DNA of 64,000 nt from Camelus ferus. Taxonomy: Eukaryota. Each line of letters starts with the position of its first letter. Within the stretch, counting starts at the first letter, position 1. Location of the stretch: positions 85,686,001 through 85,750,000 of the forward strand of contig NC_045696.1 in NCBI RefSeq assembly GCF_009834535.1. The letters run 5' to 3'. Below the pieces are notes generated by a model that had not been told where the DNA came from, ran no database searches, and saw nothing but the letters and a program-made list of their open reading frames with translations. Shown piece after piece: positions 12,731 through 26,699 of this stretch. A program made the position numbers and the translations under genes.

Positions 12731-15700
12731 TGTAACCGTAATAATGATGCCCTAAATAAAATAACCTACTATGTTCGAAGCACTGTAATAACCATTGATA
12801 AGAGGAGGTAAGGCAGGGTGAAGGGAGAGAAATCTGGAGCTAAATGAGACGTAATTCTTATCATCTAGGTGTTTATGATTCAATAAAGGAGATTTTCTGA
12901 TTTAAAAAGTCAAGAGCCTGTCCTGTCACTGTTTGCACAGGACAAATTCTTTTGGCAGATGGGCTTAGTTATACAAGAAGGAAGAAAGATGAAGTACAGA
13001 TATTAACTTGTTAGGATGTGGATAATTTATTTAACCTTTTAAAAATTTATTTTGGCAAAACTGAATAATAAAACTTACTAGAAGACAATAGGCAAAGTAA
13101 TTTAGATACATGAAAAGTAAAATTCCTGTTTAAACAGAAATATGATTTCATACTAAAATGATGTCTGAATGCAATAGCTCACATCAAATAAAAGTGATTT
13201 GTGTTTTTGGACTTACTAATGTATGTAACTGTCAATAACAACTAAAGGATGCTTGCTTCCTTTGAAAAATTCTGAAAACTATTTATGGAATGTTTATGTA
13301 ATGGAGAAGTTGAACATTTCAAAAACAGAAACTGTATCATAGAAAGGAGAAGGAATGTTGTAACGGAACTAAGAGGATGGGGTTCAGTTCTTACACCTAA
13401 ATTCTAAGCAGGTGGATGACCATTTGCAACAAATTATACCAGTAGGTATTGAAACAGTAAATTATAAGAGGAAGGTTATCAAGTCAATATTTTACTAGTA
13501 AAGCACAAAATAATAACTTGGTAACAAGAAGCCATGTTGAGCAGTTTAGAGTATACTGGAATAGTAAGTGTTACAGTCAGCACGGTACTTACCAATGCCA
13601 AGCATTGGTTTTGAGTTTTTTGTTGAAATCATCTACTGATGACTCAATTAGAGTGGGACTGAACAGAAGGAATGAGTAAGCTATAAAAGAGTGTGCCTGG
13701 AGATTTGGAATGTGTATGTGTATGTATGTGTGTGTGTAAAATAAGTATATTTGATAGAAAACAAAAGGCTAAAAATTCAACTGACTAATAAGAATAAACC
13801 AGTGATAGCAAAAACAAAACACTATGTAAGGAATATCAGTTGACCACATAAAGTGACATTGCAAGAGTGATAAAAATTTCCCAAAACATACTGAAACTGT
13901 TACAAATAACAGACCATTCACCTCATTTACCAAAGGATCCCTATCAAGATCTAAGACTCAGAAGATAAGATGAGTTTCAATTCAGCAAAACTAAATAGAC
14001 CTAGAGGCAAATTTACTGATTAAAGAAATGCCAAATCATGTGTAAGGGTTGCCAGTCAAGGTGTTTTGATCAAGATGTGATGAGGTCAAAGCATAATCCC
14101 TGAAACTATATGTAGAGGCCTTGAGACAGGAAATTCTTGGGAACAAACTATCCTCACCTGAGTTGAAGCTGGTGCTGGTTCCTGCTTCACTAAAACCCCA
14201 AGGACCTCTCTAAATTCTGAATAGTAGTTAATGATAACAAAGAATTCTGTTTAAATAGTGGGTGTTCATGTGTGTAAGAGGATACAGGTACCAAATTAAA
14301 ACTATAAAATTTGAATTTCACATACATATTCTGCTCTAAGTTTTTCTAAGGGTAATTGCATTAATATATTTGTCTTTTTGTCAAAGCATTTATTTTGCTT
14401 AATAATTTAATATTTGTGGATCATTATGCTACATTTTATCAACTGAGGTTATATCTTCCAAACTTGATGTAGACATTTGTGTTCTTTTCAATACTGAATC
14501 ATTGCATTTTTAATTTCAATTCATTAGTATGATATTGCAGATTGCATTGAAACCTCTACAAAGTTTTACTTTTTAATGTAGCTTGTCTTCAAACATGTAT
14601 TTCAAATGAATAATGGAAGGCAATTCCACTTACCCCAAACAAAAACTAAGTAGAAATAAATTATCTCTTCATAGAAAAATCTATGGCAAAATTAGGTACT
14701 AGAGAAGAGACAGATACTGTGTATATTTACAAAAGTAAAGAACAAAACACACTGAGGTCCTTACCCCATTTCAGTAAGACAGCAACAAGTAATGGTCTTG
14801 CCTTCCTAAAAAAAAATTAATACCATGTTCAGAAGGTCTTATTCGGTATTTAGCTTCACTGAGTGAAGCTAAAATGGGACTTCAGAAGTTCATGGGAGAA
14901 TAAAATCTTCCCCTTAAGATGTATGCTCATCAATGTCCCATTGTAGGAAAGAAAAATCACAGAATGTAGTTCTGACAAAATCTATCTACACAATTAATCT
15001 TTACATGATATGAAATGTCCCAAATTTTCAAATAGAATTTTTCCAAAATCAAGGTTTTTAAGGAACTCACATTAATTATTCAGCCTTAGTAAAACAGAGT
15101 TTGAACACTATGGTTTCTTAAAGCACCCTAGCCATTTATGAAATATTATGTTATGAGTTAAAAAGGGTGGGATGAAATCATGAATTCTTTTTAAACATGT
15201 GTTTCATTTGTTTTAAGACTGAAATACACATGAGATCACCACAAATCAATTGTATAAAGAAACATTTTAGATATAATTTTAAGGTATAAGGTAATGAATA
15301 TCATTCTCCTCTCAACTATTATATAATTGAGTTCTTCAAAGGGTATAAATGCTATTGGGAAAGTATTTTCAACTGTACTTTTCTTTAATACTTTGTCACT
15401 AAACATGTTAGTATGTTATTCATGCATTTAAAGGGGAAATTTCTATTTTTACACAAAGCCTAATATTTATTCAGGAAATTTGTTAACAATGCACTGTCTG
15501 GGTATAAAAAGGAAATTTTAAATCAGCACATTTTTTATTTCTAAACTAAATTTAAAAATATATGAAGTACTGCTATGTAGAAAAACTAAAGAGAGTAAAA
15601 ATTTATAAAATTGATCCACTCTGGAGTTGTACACAAAAAGAGGGTAGTACACCTGTGGAAAGCTGGATTTTGAGAGTTAATATTGGTGGGGCTGCTATGT

Positions 15701-15752
15701 TAAACCTAAGAATACATTCCAACTAGGTGGGCTGGTGTTGTTTTTATGAATG

Positions 15753-16126
15753 TGCTATATACATATAGACTGAATGTTAGTGTCCCTCCTAAACTCACAT
15801 ATTAGATTTTGGTGTCCAGTGTGATGGTATTAGGAGGTGGTGCCTTTGGGAAGTGATTAGGTCATGAGGGTAGAAACCTCATGAATGGGATTTACACCTT
15901 CAGAAAGAGACCCCAGAGAGCTCACTTGCCCCTTCTACCATGTGTAGACACAGTGAGAAAACTGTGGTCTATAAACCAGAAAATGGAATCTCACCAGACA
16001 GAAATCTGCCAGTGCCCTGATCTTGGACTTCCCAGCCTTCAGAACTGTGAGAAAAAAATTTCTGTTGTTATTTATAGGCCACCAAGTCCATAATATTTTG
16101 TTATGGCAACCCAAATGGACTAAAGT
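15753..16126 (+). mobile_element. MaLR solo LTR (MLT1A-like)
   Basis: gactgaatgttagtgtccctcc...tgtgatggtattaggaggtgg...gatcttggacttcccagccttcagaactgtgaga...ttgttatggcaacccaaatggactaa. Confidence 0.88.
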
Positions 16127-18436
16127 AGAATGGTTAGGATTAATATAAAATTTGTATCTTTCCATTAAATAATGACTTAATAATTTCTGTTTGAGTCAGG
16201 TTTCAGGAATGAGAAGAAAGTCCAGAAAAGGAAATAAAATAGATTATTAGGCTATACAGGATTTTATATACTGGTCTTAACAGACCAAAAGTTTCCTAAA
16301 AGAAAAAAGTCTGTCTGTCTGTCTCTGTTTCTTTCTTGCTTTTTTGTCGATGTATGCTTCTAACTTACATACATAAGGATAATGCAAAAGGTTACAGAGT
16401 TGAATAGTAATCTTGGAAAACTTACATTTGGGTGGGATAATTTATCTCCCTTGCCTGTAAAATGTATGTTAGTTTTACCACCACAAAGAATATGGGAGTG
16501 TATAATAAAATGTTTTTTTTTCAGGGTCACATGAAGCATGGGACACATGTGAACTTTGTCATTAATTCTGTTTCCTTAGAAGTGTATGTTGAGGGTGTAG
16601 AATTAAGAGGTATAATGAAGTTTTGAAGAAATTATAGTGTGGCACTAAAAGTACCATAAAAGGATACACAGGACCAATCCTGTGATCAAATATAAATACC
16701 TGGTGCTAGAGGCTTTCATGAGTATGACAGGTATCTAGCAATAACTGTGAGAAGTTAATGCTCAAAGGAATAGTTTAATGTCTCTAATAAATTTTATCAG
16801 TTTACTCAGGTCATTCCTGGCCTCTGATGGAAAAACAGGAGTTCTACGTAGAAGACCTTTACCTACTGCTTCTGCTGATAGTGATACTGGAACAAGTTAC
16901 CCTTGTTCCAACAGCTGCCTGTCTCTCAATTGTAGGAGCCATCCACCTGCCGAGTAAGTACTTCTGGGAAGACTCTGAATAACTCTGCTAGCTAAAGAGG
17001 GAGGGCAAAAACAAAAGATAGACAGTAGCAATTTTCCGAAATTAGGTGAGGATGCTAACTAACATGGTTTGTCTCAGCTGAGTAAGATTCCACGGATTTG
17101 TATAGATTAGACCAAGGTTTAGAAGGTAGTGGGATAGGACAATAAGCTTTGTTAGAACAGGGACAGGAAGAGTTTTCCTCAGACCATATAATAGAGTTTA
17201 TACTAGTAGGATTAGACTAAAGTGAAAATTGGAATTAGGAAAGTGTTTAAAATTTGGCCTGAATGGGAATGATACAATTCATAGTCTCAAAGGAGACATA
17301 CTGAGATGAGACAGGACTTTAGAACTGGGTAGCTATCTTTTTTTTAGTAAATTATTTCCAAAAATTGATGCTTAAATGTCAGTGATTGGGGGAATAAGAG
17401 AAAGAGTAGAGCTGATCTATTTCATACTTTCTATCAGTTCAACTTATACACTCTTAATCCGTATTCATGGTAGACTAATAGTCTATAAATGTGTGTCATA
17501 CCATAAATCTGTGTTGGAATTCAACAGGATAAATACGTTACTTGAAAATACGTTATTTAAATTTAATTAACTTGTTTCAGTTTCAGGGAGTAGAGATTGA
17601 TATATTTTTAAGTGTCGAGTGAAGTGTTAATTCATTAAAGAATTTTAGCACAAAAACTAAAAACCATTTAAACTCACTAATAGGAGTGTAGTGGCTCTTT
17701 GACTTATCAGTGTCATCTATTAAGAGTAAAAATAATAGGAAAATTAACTTTGATGGCATAATAGATGTTTGCGTTATTCAGTACCTAAAAACAGAAGTGC
17801 CAGTGTACTAGGTAAGGAGGGGGTATGGTTAATTCAAAAACCACAGGCACCCAGCCACAAAGAAATAAGTTCTTATAATTAGTGCCTGAAGTCAGTCAAA
17901 GTATAAGGCACACCTTCACTATGTGCTGTGGGTAATTCTGGAAGCCATAAAACAGAGAGGAGGGGCACATTCTAAAGGTTTTCTTTGGGAACTGGATTGA
18001 GAATTATTTTAAAAGGCTGAGCATTAAGTTGGAATTATTGATACGTTTGCTCTACTCACAGATCTTACTGCATAGTTGGGAATCATCAGGAAGAATCAAG
18101 AAAAATAGTCCTTATGGTTCAAAAATTCTAGATAGGGCTGAGATTCTACCTCTTTTGACTTGAGCTAAAAAATAAATTAAAAATTTCTTGTACTAAATAA
18201 TAGATTTCCCATTTAATTGTAACTTCTTTGTGGTCAGAGGTTGTGCATATCTTAGTATCTAGCAGAATTTCTGGCATATAAGACACTCAAAAACAGTTTG
18301 TTCTCGCTATTCTGGGTAGTTATTTTATATACAAAGGTCAGGAGAACTGCTGCTCCTAGGGAAAATACTTACATATGTGTGTGTATATACATGTATGCAC
18401 ACTATGCACACAGTTGTCACATCTAGATTATATTAA

Positions 18437-18615
18437 ATCCTAAAAACAACTCATCCTGATAGATTCTATTTTCTTTATTTTACATAAAAGAAAATGAGGT
18501 TCAGAAATTGTTAAGTGACTTTCCTGACACTGTCTCATTAATAGGTGCTGGAGTTGGGATACAAATCCCATCCAACCAGCGTCAGAGATGGAGCATCTTG
18601 CAATACACTGCACTG
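18437..18615 (-). mobile_element. MIR SINE
   Basis: Antisense core: ttttacataaaagaaaatgaggttcagaaattgttaagtgactttcc...gctggagttgggatacaaatccca. Confidence 0.7.
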
Positions 18616-18719
18616 CTCCTTACAGTCTCCATCTTCTGCTCATCTCTAAATGAGAACTGAACAGAGGCAGTGTTCTACCACGTTTGACATAACTGGGAAT
18701 ATGTACATTTTCAGCTGCT

Positions 18720-18840
18720 CTAAACATGTCTAGCAATTATCCCAAAAAGTGCCTCAAGTATTAACTTCAGGGTTACAAATAAATTTCAGTGAGGAGGTGA
18801 ATTCACAAATACAAAATCCATGAATAACAAGGATATGTTT
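18720..18840 (-). mobile_element. Tigger-family MITE fragment (MER82-like)
   Basis: gggttacaaataaatttcagtgaggaggtgaattcacaaatacaaaatccatgaataacaaggat resembles a Tigger-derived terminal region. Confidence 0.55.
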
Positions 18841-19084
18841 AAATTTCCAAAAGAAGTATAATGTAGTTAGTTTTTCCCTGCTATGGAGGCAGCAGAAATT
18901 CACTAAAACAACACTTTGACCACCATATTTGGGTTTAGAGTGAAGAAACTGTAGAATTTGGAAGACGAGTGGAACACTTGTTCCTGCTGATAAGTAGCCA
19001 ATAATTCTATATACACACACAAATGTGTAATTATCATTATTTTTTCTGATGTATTGTAAACGTCAAGCAGTCTGACAAACAGCA

Positions 19085-19280
19085 CTGCATATACTGACTC
19101 TGAAATCAGATTGCCTGGGTTCAAAAGCCAGTTCTGCAACTTCTATGAGACACTGGGCAAGGAATCTTAATAGGATTATAGTAAAGTCTACCTCACAGGA
19201 ATTCTGGAATATTTAATGAATCAATTTTTTACAGTACAAAATATATATAAAACGCTTACAAAACTTCCTGAGTACTGTAA
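19085..19280 (+). mobile_element. MIR SINE
   Basis: gactctgaaatcagattgcctgggttcaaaagccagttctgcaacttc...ctgggcaag...tacctcacagg. Confidence 0.7.
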
Positions 19281-19286
19281 CCATTC

Positions 19287-19632
19287 TGTCTTAGTCAGCT
19301 CAGGCTGCTCTAACAAAATACCATGACTGAATTATATTTATTTCTCACAGTTCTGAAGGCTGGGAAGTCCAAGATCAAGGTGCTGGAAGATTCATGTCCC
19401 AGTGAGAACTCCCTGGCTTGCAGATGGCCTGCTTCTCACTGTGTCCTCACGTGGCGGAGAGAGAGAGCCCTGATCTCTCTTCCTCTACTTATAAGAACAG
19501 TAATCCTGTCATGAGAGTCCCATCATGACCTCATCTAAACCTAATTACCTCCCAAAGCCGTTACATCCAAATACCACATTAGAGTTTAGGGTTTCAAAAT
19601 ACGAATTTGGAAAGGAGGCACAGTCAATAACA
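19287..19632 (-). mobile_element. MaLR solo LTR (MLT1A-like) with 5-bp TSD
   Basis: TG...CA termini; TSD CATTC at 19282-19286 and 19633-19637; internal ttctcacagttctgaaggctgggaagtccaagatcaagg. Confidence 0.92.
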
Positions 19633-19734
19633 CATTCTAATTTGTATATGCACTTCAACTATTGTTATCAGTACTTTCATTAATTAGAGAAATAGAATTT
19701 GAAATTTCAAGGAGAAATGTAATTTTTAATGGGT

Positions 19735-21515
19735 TTTTGGGAAGAACACAAAAGTGCCACATTCATCTCATCATATCAAGGGCTTATATAATCAATGTGA
19801 GTTAAAACTTGATGTTGATCATGAACACATCGAGGCTGAAGCACCGTCAGGTTTCTCCACCATAAAGTTACTCTTTATTTTCCCCTTTCTATACTGTATG
19901 CTTTGCACAGCCCACACTTAAGTGGGGAGTGATGTGCTCACTCCTTTAAGTAAAATTTCTATATAATTTGTTTGAAATTCTTTTGCAGGGAGGATTTATC
20001 TTTCCCTCCCATTTATTAATTTAGTCAATCATTTATTTACATCAATATGGAATCATGGATATTTATTTTATCTGTTTGGTTATAATCCAGTACTATCTTT
20101 ATTTTTTGTTTTTCAAATCTTTCACTTAGCTCCTGTGCACCTTTGAAATGCTCCATTAATGCGATTTTTTTTTTAGCACTTCCTCTACTTTCTAGCACTA
20201 TAAGATGCTCATCTTGTGTATTTCCTGCCGTAATCACTTCTATAAGAAACTCTGGTTCCTTTTAGTGGTAAATGGTAATAGGAGCCAAGACCCCGGTTCT
20301 AGATGTGCTTGTTACTACTGGGATGTCTTTTTTTTAAGGCCCTTTCAACAGATAATGAAAATAAACCTTTCTTTGTATAATAATCCTTATATAAACATAT
20401 ATCTATGAATATTTCTTTATCTAATCATCAGTTATCTCAGTTAAACATGAGTACTAACTGATAACTCTAACTCTAATCCATTATCCCAGGAATAATCCTA
20501 GTGTTTTTCTCCTTGCTAATTTGTCAATTCCCATTCCAACAGTGATAACTCTGGCTCCCATCATCCACCACCTACTTATTGAATTCTAGTATCATGTACA
20601 GCAGCATCAGACTGCTAATATGTACCTCTGAGGGGGAAAAAAAACTTACTAACTAGAGTACAGTGCTTATGTACAGGTCCTTTTACCTTTTAATCGTACA
20701 CACTCCATTCATTTCCAAATCTATTTAGGTCAGTACCTTTTGCCTCACCCACTCCAGTAAGGTTGTTTCATACATCTGTAATGCAATTAGATTCCCCTGT
20801 CACAGTGTTCATTCGTTCTTAGGATCTTCCGACTTCCTAAATTATTATTTAAAATTTGCATACTTATGTTTCACCCTGTGATGGAAAGTTCTATGAATTT
20901 TAAAAAATGCATAATATATCCACTGTTATGGGTTCAATTCTGTTCCACCTTTAAAGTATATGTTTGAGTTCTAACATCTTTGTACCTCAAAATGTGACCT
21001 TATTTGAGATAGAGTCTTTAAAAAGATAACATGTAAAATAAGATCACTGAGGTGAGCCATAATCCAATAGAACCAGTATCGTTATAAAAAGAGTAAATGT
21101 GGCTATAGAGATACACACAGGGAGATACCATGTCAACATGAGGCAGAGCTCATGATCATGCATCTATAAGCCAAAGAATGCAGTTTTCTAGAAAACCACC
21201 TGAAGCTAGGAGAGAGGCATGGAACAGATTCTCCCTCACAGCATTTAAAGAGAACTAATGCTGCTAATACCTTGATCTTGGAGTTCTAGCCCCCAGAACT
21301 GTGAGACAATAAATTTCCGTTGTCCTAAACCGCCCAATTTTGGGTAATTTTTTAGGCAGGCCTAGGAAACTAATACATCCAGCATTACAGTTGTATATAG
21401 AATAGTTTCATGCCTAAAAATGTCTTGTGCTTCACCTACTCATTCCTCACTCTCTCACCCTGAGTCCTAGGTATTCACTGGTATTTTTTAATCTCTCTAT
21501 TGTTTTGCCTGTGAA
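19735..21515 (-). mobile_element. Old L1MC-type 3' region, interrupted by an MLT1C LTR
   Basis: Antisense L1MC-like 3' UTR text (tttatttacatcaatatggaatcatggatatttatttta; aaagttctatgaattttaaaaaatgcata...cattacagttgtatatagaatagtttca) continues across the LTR. Confidence 0.7.
20924..21377 (+). mobile_element. MaLR solo LTR (MLT1C-like)
   Basis: TG...CA termini; near-TSD TCCAC/TCCAG; aatgtgaccttatttg, gaagctaggagagaggcatggaacagattctccctc, ggaaactaataca. Confidence 0.9.
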
Positions 21516-22417
21516 ACGTAATTTTTAAGGAGCTCTCTGGATATTCGTGGACACCTACAAAAGCACAGAGAAAGAGAGAAGAAAAGCACTTGGCTTTCAA
21601 CTATCACATCCAGGTATTTGTTGAAAATTTTAGGAATAATTAAACATGGGGACTAAATTGTATAAAAAGAACTGTCAGAGCAGACTCCTTCAATTTTTTT
21701 TTTAAGGCTACATATGGAATGAGGTAAAATAACAGGAGCTGCTAGCAAATAGTAAAAACTTAAGTACAAAATATTATGTCAGTTATAAAACAGTAACTAC
21801 TGAAGTCAAATAAAGCAGAATAATCATCACTTCAAACTAATGATAAATTAATGGAATCCACAGTAACTTAAAATATCTGTTATTGCCTTTTGCTGCATCA
21901 GCAGGGGACATATACTTAGATTTAAGTTTATTAACAAAATATGTAATGTGCGAAGCCTAAAATATATAATATTCACATATAGATATGAACTTGTGTTCAG
22001 CAAAAGGTGTCAAAATTTATCAATAACTTCTCAAAATATGAATAGAAATGAAAGAGAATAAAAATTACATCTTTTCAATGGACAAAGATAACTTTACAAC
22101 AATTATTAACTATATGTTCAACCCTTTACTCCCTCTTTTTCATGTGCCATTCATTGCTGCATGGAGAAGCACACGTCAAAGTATAGGCATCAACTGATCA
22201 CTTTCTAGAGGTGAACACTGCCTCTTGTTGCTTTTAGGGAAAACTGACTTAGAAGAAAATAGAATGAACTATGTTTTGGGTTTAGCAATCCTACCCAGCC
22301 CTACTGGTTTTCACATGCAATTTATTATTATGTTAATGAGTGAACATAATATTTTGCTATCACATAGAGTTTTTTGGCACTATGGTATAGAATCTGCTAT
22401 ATTATACCACAACAACT

Positions 22418-22420
<3 letters not shown>

Positions 22421-22470
<50 letters not shown>
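22421..22470. repeat. (TG)25 perfect microsatellite
   Basis: Counted directly. Confidence 0.99.
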
Positions 22471-22474
<4 letters not shown>

Positions 22475-23103
22475 ATCTGTCTCTTCTGCTAGTAAGTGGG
22501 ATTTGAAGAAGACAGGGACTATGTTGTATTTAATTCTCAAATACTTCACATTTGGAACATAGTAGGTGTTCACTAAACACATGTTTTTAAAATTATTTTC
22601 TCCTTCTTAACCCAAGATTATTAAAAAAAATGTTGGAAATTTCGAAAAATACAGAACACAATGTTTAAGTAACCATTAAGATTATAAACAAAAATTAAAT
22701 ATTTATATTTTGATATATTTTCTTCAGGCTTTTTAAAAATGCACATAAACCTATATATCTAAATGTAGGTATATTATATAATTTGGATCAGATAATAAAA
22801 CTTCTGTTTAGAGCCAGCCTATTTTGCTTAATATTATACATGCTAATTTTACAATATCATTAAAATCACTTAAATATATCTTTAATGAGTATACAATATA
22901 TACTGATTTATTTAACAATTCTCATCTTGGCTAATTAATATTTTTAAATTAAATTTATACTGTATACAATTTGAAGATGAAGCAATATGGTCTTAGAGTC
23001 TATAAACACATAACATTATTAGGCCTTAGCAAGAGTTTCTAATTTCTATGCTGCATTACTTTTTGTAAGATTTTTAGACCATATTATTAAATTTGACAAA
23101 TGG

Positions 23104-23268
23104 TAGGGCTAGGACTAGGGGGAGGCAAGCAAAGTGCCCAAGGCAAAAAGTTTAAGGAAGCATTCACTTTCCAGTCCAAATGCGGACCATGCACTTATAT
23201 GAACCTAAGAGTGCTTCCTTAAATTTTGCACTAGTTCCTTTATCTGCCTCACCCTAGTCCTGTCCCTG
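23104..23268. mobile_element. hAT MITE (MER96-like), largely palindromic
   Basis: Terminal inverted repeats tagggctaggactagggggaggca / tgcctcaccctagtcctgtccctg; inner inverted tttaaggaagca / tgcttccttaaa. Confidence 0.85.
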
Positions 23269-24289
23269 ATTTAAATGTTAATCTTAATTTTTTTAAAAAT
23301 CCTAAAAATATATCATATAAGAATATTATCACATTTAGAATATTCTGTTCCTAAAATCTAACCTCGTATTTTAGAAAGCATTCTTTGTAAATCATTTTCC
23401 ATTTGAAGTTCATTTGTGTGTATCATTATTTTAAGTCAGGATCTGTAAATCTTTATGTGATGTTATTACGGATAAACTGTTACCTCTAATGTGAAGAAGT
23501 TTATAATAGAAGCTAAAAGCAACTTTGTGTTATTTTCCATTTCACCAGTTAGGAAACTTAGGAAACTTTTGATCTAGTAGATAATAAAACCTACCACAGA
23601 GGATTTCTTTGTAAAAAATTATTAAGTGGTAGTATACATAAAGCACCTGGCACAGGGCTTGACACAAAGCAAGCACTAAAAATAAAAGCTATTACTTATT
23701 ATTACTTATTAATTATTGTTGATATATCTGTCTGCCTTCTTTTTGCCTATCTTAGTAGATGGTTTCTCCTACTGTTTGCTGCTGATGCTTCATGTGTAGG
23801 TGCTCCTACTTCCATGTCCTTCTACTTCCTCAACTCTGTGACCATTAGCCACATAACTTAAATAGAATAGTCAACACTCACTGCCTTTACCTCTTAATCT
23901 GCCATTCATTTCTAAATGTGATATTAGCCTAAAGTCCTCAACATCAGCGCTAAATATATTGTATTTAACTTATTTTTCTTCTCTGCAGCACTATACTATT
24001 TAACAGTATCTCCTTGAATCCCATTTTTCTTGCCTGGTTTCTCTAACACCAATCAGTTATGACTGTCTTTAGATCTCCAAGGACACTTTTGGTTAGTGTT
24101 TTGTTGCTTGCTCATTTTCTCTCATTTACTTGTTTTGCTTTTTTGGAATGGCAATAAACATAGAGTATGATTTGAAATATTAAGATGGTATATTGAAAGG
24201 TTTTATAGAAGTATTTTACAATGAGGAATGGGAAAAGCAAAGTAATAACATGTGGATGGAGATTACAGAAAAAGGAATTACAGCAGAAT

Positions 24290-24800
24290 AGCTAAATTGG
24301 GAAAGGAAGTTCAGTTTAAGTGCACTGTGTTTGAGAGCTTATGGGACATTCAGATGGGAAGATCAAGTAAGCAGTTGAAATATATTGTTCAGAGAAATCT
24401 GGTTGTAGGTAAGAATCTGCCATTGATCAGCAGAGAAACAGTTATTCAAGTCTCTTGGTTAATAACATTCCCCAGAAATAATAATAAGAAGAAGAAAATA
24501 AGAAAAAAAGAAAGAACCCTGGGGATGAAAATGTATTGGTTGGGTAGAAAATGAAAATCCTGAAACTGAAAAGCACTTGGTGGTTGACAATGAAAAGGCC
24601 TCTGATAATGAAAGGTATAGTGAGGACAGAGAAAGTGTCATTTGATTTGGCATTTATGAGGCACTGAGTGTCTGACCTTTGAGATCCAGGAAGGGTTGTG
24701 AGCAGATATCTAATGCAAAAACATAGTGATAATGTATAAGATATGAAGCACTGAATGACAGTGTATATGTCCAAGAAATTTGGTGGTATGGAAGTTTAAG
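24290..24800 (-). mobile_element. L2 fragment
   Basis: agttcagtttaagtgcactgtgtttgagagcttatgggacattcagatgggaagatcaagtaagcagttgaaatat; tgaggacagagaaagtgtcatttgatttggca. Confidence 0.7.
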
Positions 24801-25526
24801 TGGGACCAGAATAAAGAGAAGAATTTTTTCCATTAATTATTAAAAACGTGACCATGTTTACTTATCTAACAGCAGATTGACATTTGACTGTAGATAAATA
24901 AAAGAAATGATTGGTAAAGTTGAGGACTTCTCTAAAATTACTTACTTGACTTTTCAGGAGATTCAATTAGCAATTAGGTGACTTTTTATAGTGCTTAGAA
25001 TCATGGAATTTAACAACATGAGTAAGGAAAATGTGAAGTAAGTGGAACTGAGGGAGAAGGAATGGTGGGAAAATGAAAGTGGCAGGGAAATATTCTGAGT
25101 TTAACATCATGGAAATAGAGCTGTTCCAAGTGATAATCAGTCCAAAGAGGCAACTGTGCATATGTGTTGTAACTATTTGGCAGAGAGGACTTCCATGAAC
25201 TATAAAGTGAAGGTACCAGACAGGGCACCAAGGTGAAACTGTATGGTATATATCACTGGATATGGCTCTGATAAAGGAGGATAATACATTCTTTTAGTGA
25301 TAGAGTTTAACCTTTGGTATTTTACCACAAATAACTAAATAACAAATAAGTTAATCTAAACCATAAAATCATAAACTTTAAAACTGAAATGGATATCTAA
25401 GATAGACTTGCTGAGCTGTCATCATTTACAATTGAGGAAGTAGTGAAAATGTGAGTTGTCTGAGTTCATACTTCCAGTGAGAACAAAGTTAAGGCTACAT
25501 AAAAACTTAGTACTTGGCTACAAGTA

Positions 25527-25973
25527 TAGGAGTGCCTCAGAGATTTTGAGGGTTTGGTTCCAGGTTCCAGATCATCACAATAAAGTGAATATAGCAATAA
25601 AGTGAGTCACACAAATTTTCTGGTTTTCCAGTGCACATACAAGTTATGTTTATCTACACTGTAGTTTATTAAGTGTGTAAATTAGCATTGTGCCTAACAA
25701 GTGTACATATCTAATTTAAAAAACTTTATTGCTAAAAAACACTAACCATCATCTGAGCCTTCAGTGAGTCATAATCTTTTTGTTGGTGGAGGGTTTGAAA
25801 TGTTGTGAAAATTACCAAAATGTGACACAGAAACAGGAAGTGAGCAAATATTGTTGGAAAAATGGCGCTGATAGACTTGCTCCTCGTAGGACTGCCACAA
25901 AGCTTCAACTTGTAAAAACTGCAGTATCTGTAAAGTGCAATAAAATGAAGTACAACAAAATGAGGTATGCCTG
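25527..25973 (-). mobile_element. Internally deleted Tigger1 derivative (Tigger1a-type MITE)
   Basis: Both Tigger1 ends present (taggagtgcctcagagattttgagggtttggttcc... and ...aaaatgaggtatgcctg), flanked by TA on each side; no transposase. Confidence 0.9.
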
Positions 25974-26699
25974 TAATTTAAGTGGATCGTATCTCAACAT
26001 GATACTGCAGAGCATTTTCTATTATGTTAAGAGTATCTGCTTTGTCCTTCCACAGAGTTGAATTTTTAGTTCTTTGTCGTCCAGTATTTATTGGATTGGA
26101 AATAGTTTATTAACTGACAAAAAAGCATTTTTTAGATAAAAGATACAGTCACACAGAATAGGCAAGTTTTGATTGGTTCTAACAGATTATATCACTTTTC
26201 AGCAATTTTCTATTTAATCTGTAGTTTACATTGATTGAAAATGCATCCTCAAATTTTATCATTGGCTAGTATTGAATATTTTCTGAATCGCATCATGATT
26301 TGCCAAACTGATATTAATAAATTACTTTTAATTTCAGTGAACTCAATAGAAAATAATTATTAATTTTTCCTTGTATGTATAATCACATAATAGAATTGAA
26401 AAATTACATTGCTAGAAGTGATCAAACCAATCCTATCTCTTCATTTTTCAGTTGAACAAAATAGACATTGGAAAAGTTTAAATGACTGGTCCCACATGAC
26501 TTGTGCTACATGATGAGGTTTCTTAGATTTCTTAATTCCTTTGCACTTTCCATGCTCCTCCTATCCCAGGAATCTAAGTAGTTGGTGATAACAGTTGTGG
26601 ATTAATGAAGTTTCTGAGCCTCAATCTTTACCACAATCTATTTTAGTGTACATTTCTCTCCTGTCAGAATAATATCCTATTTAACTTTACATATTGATA

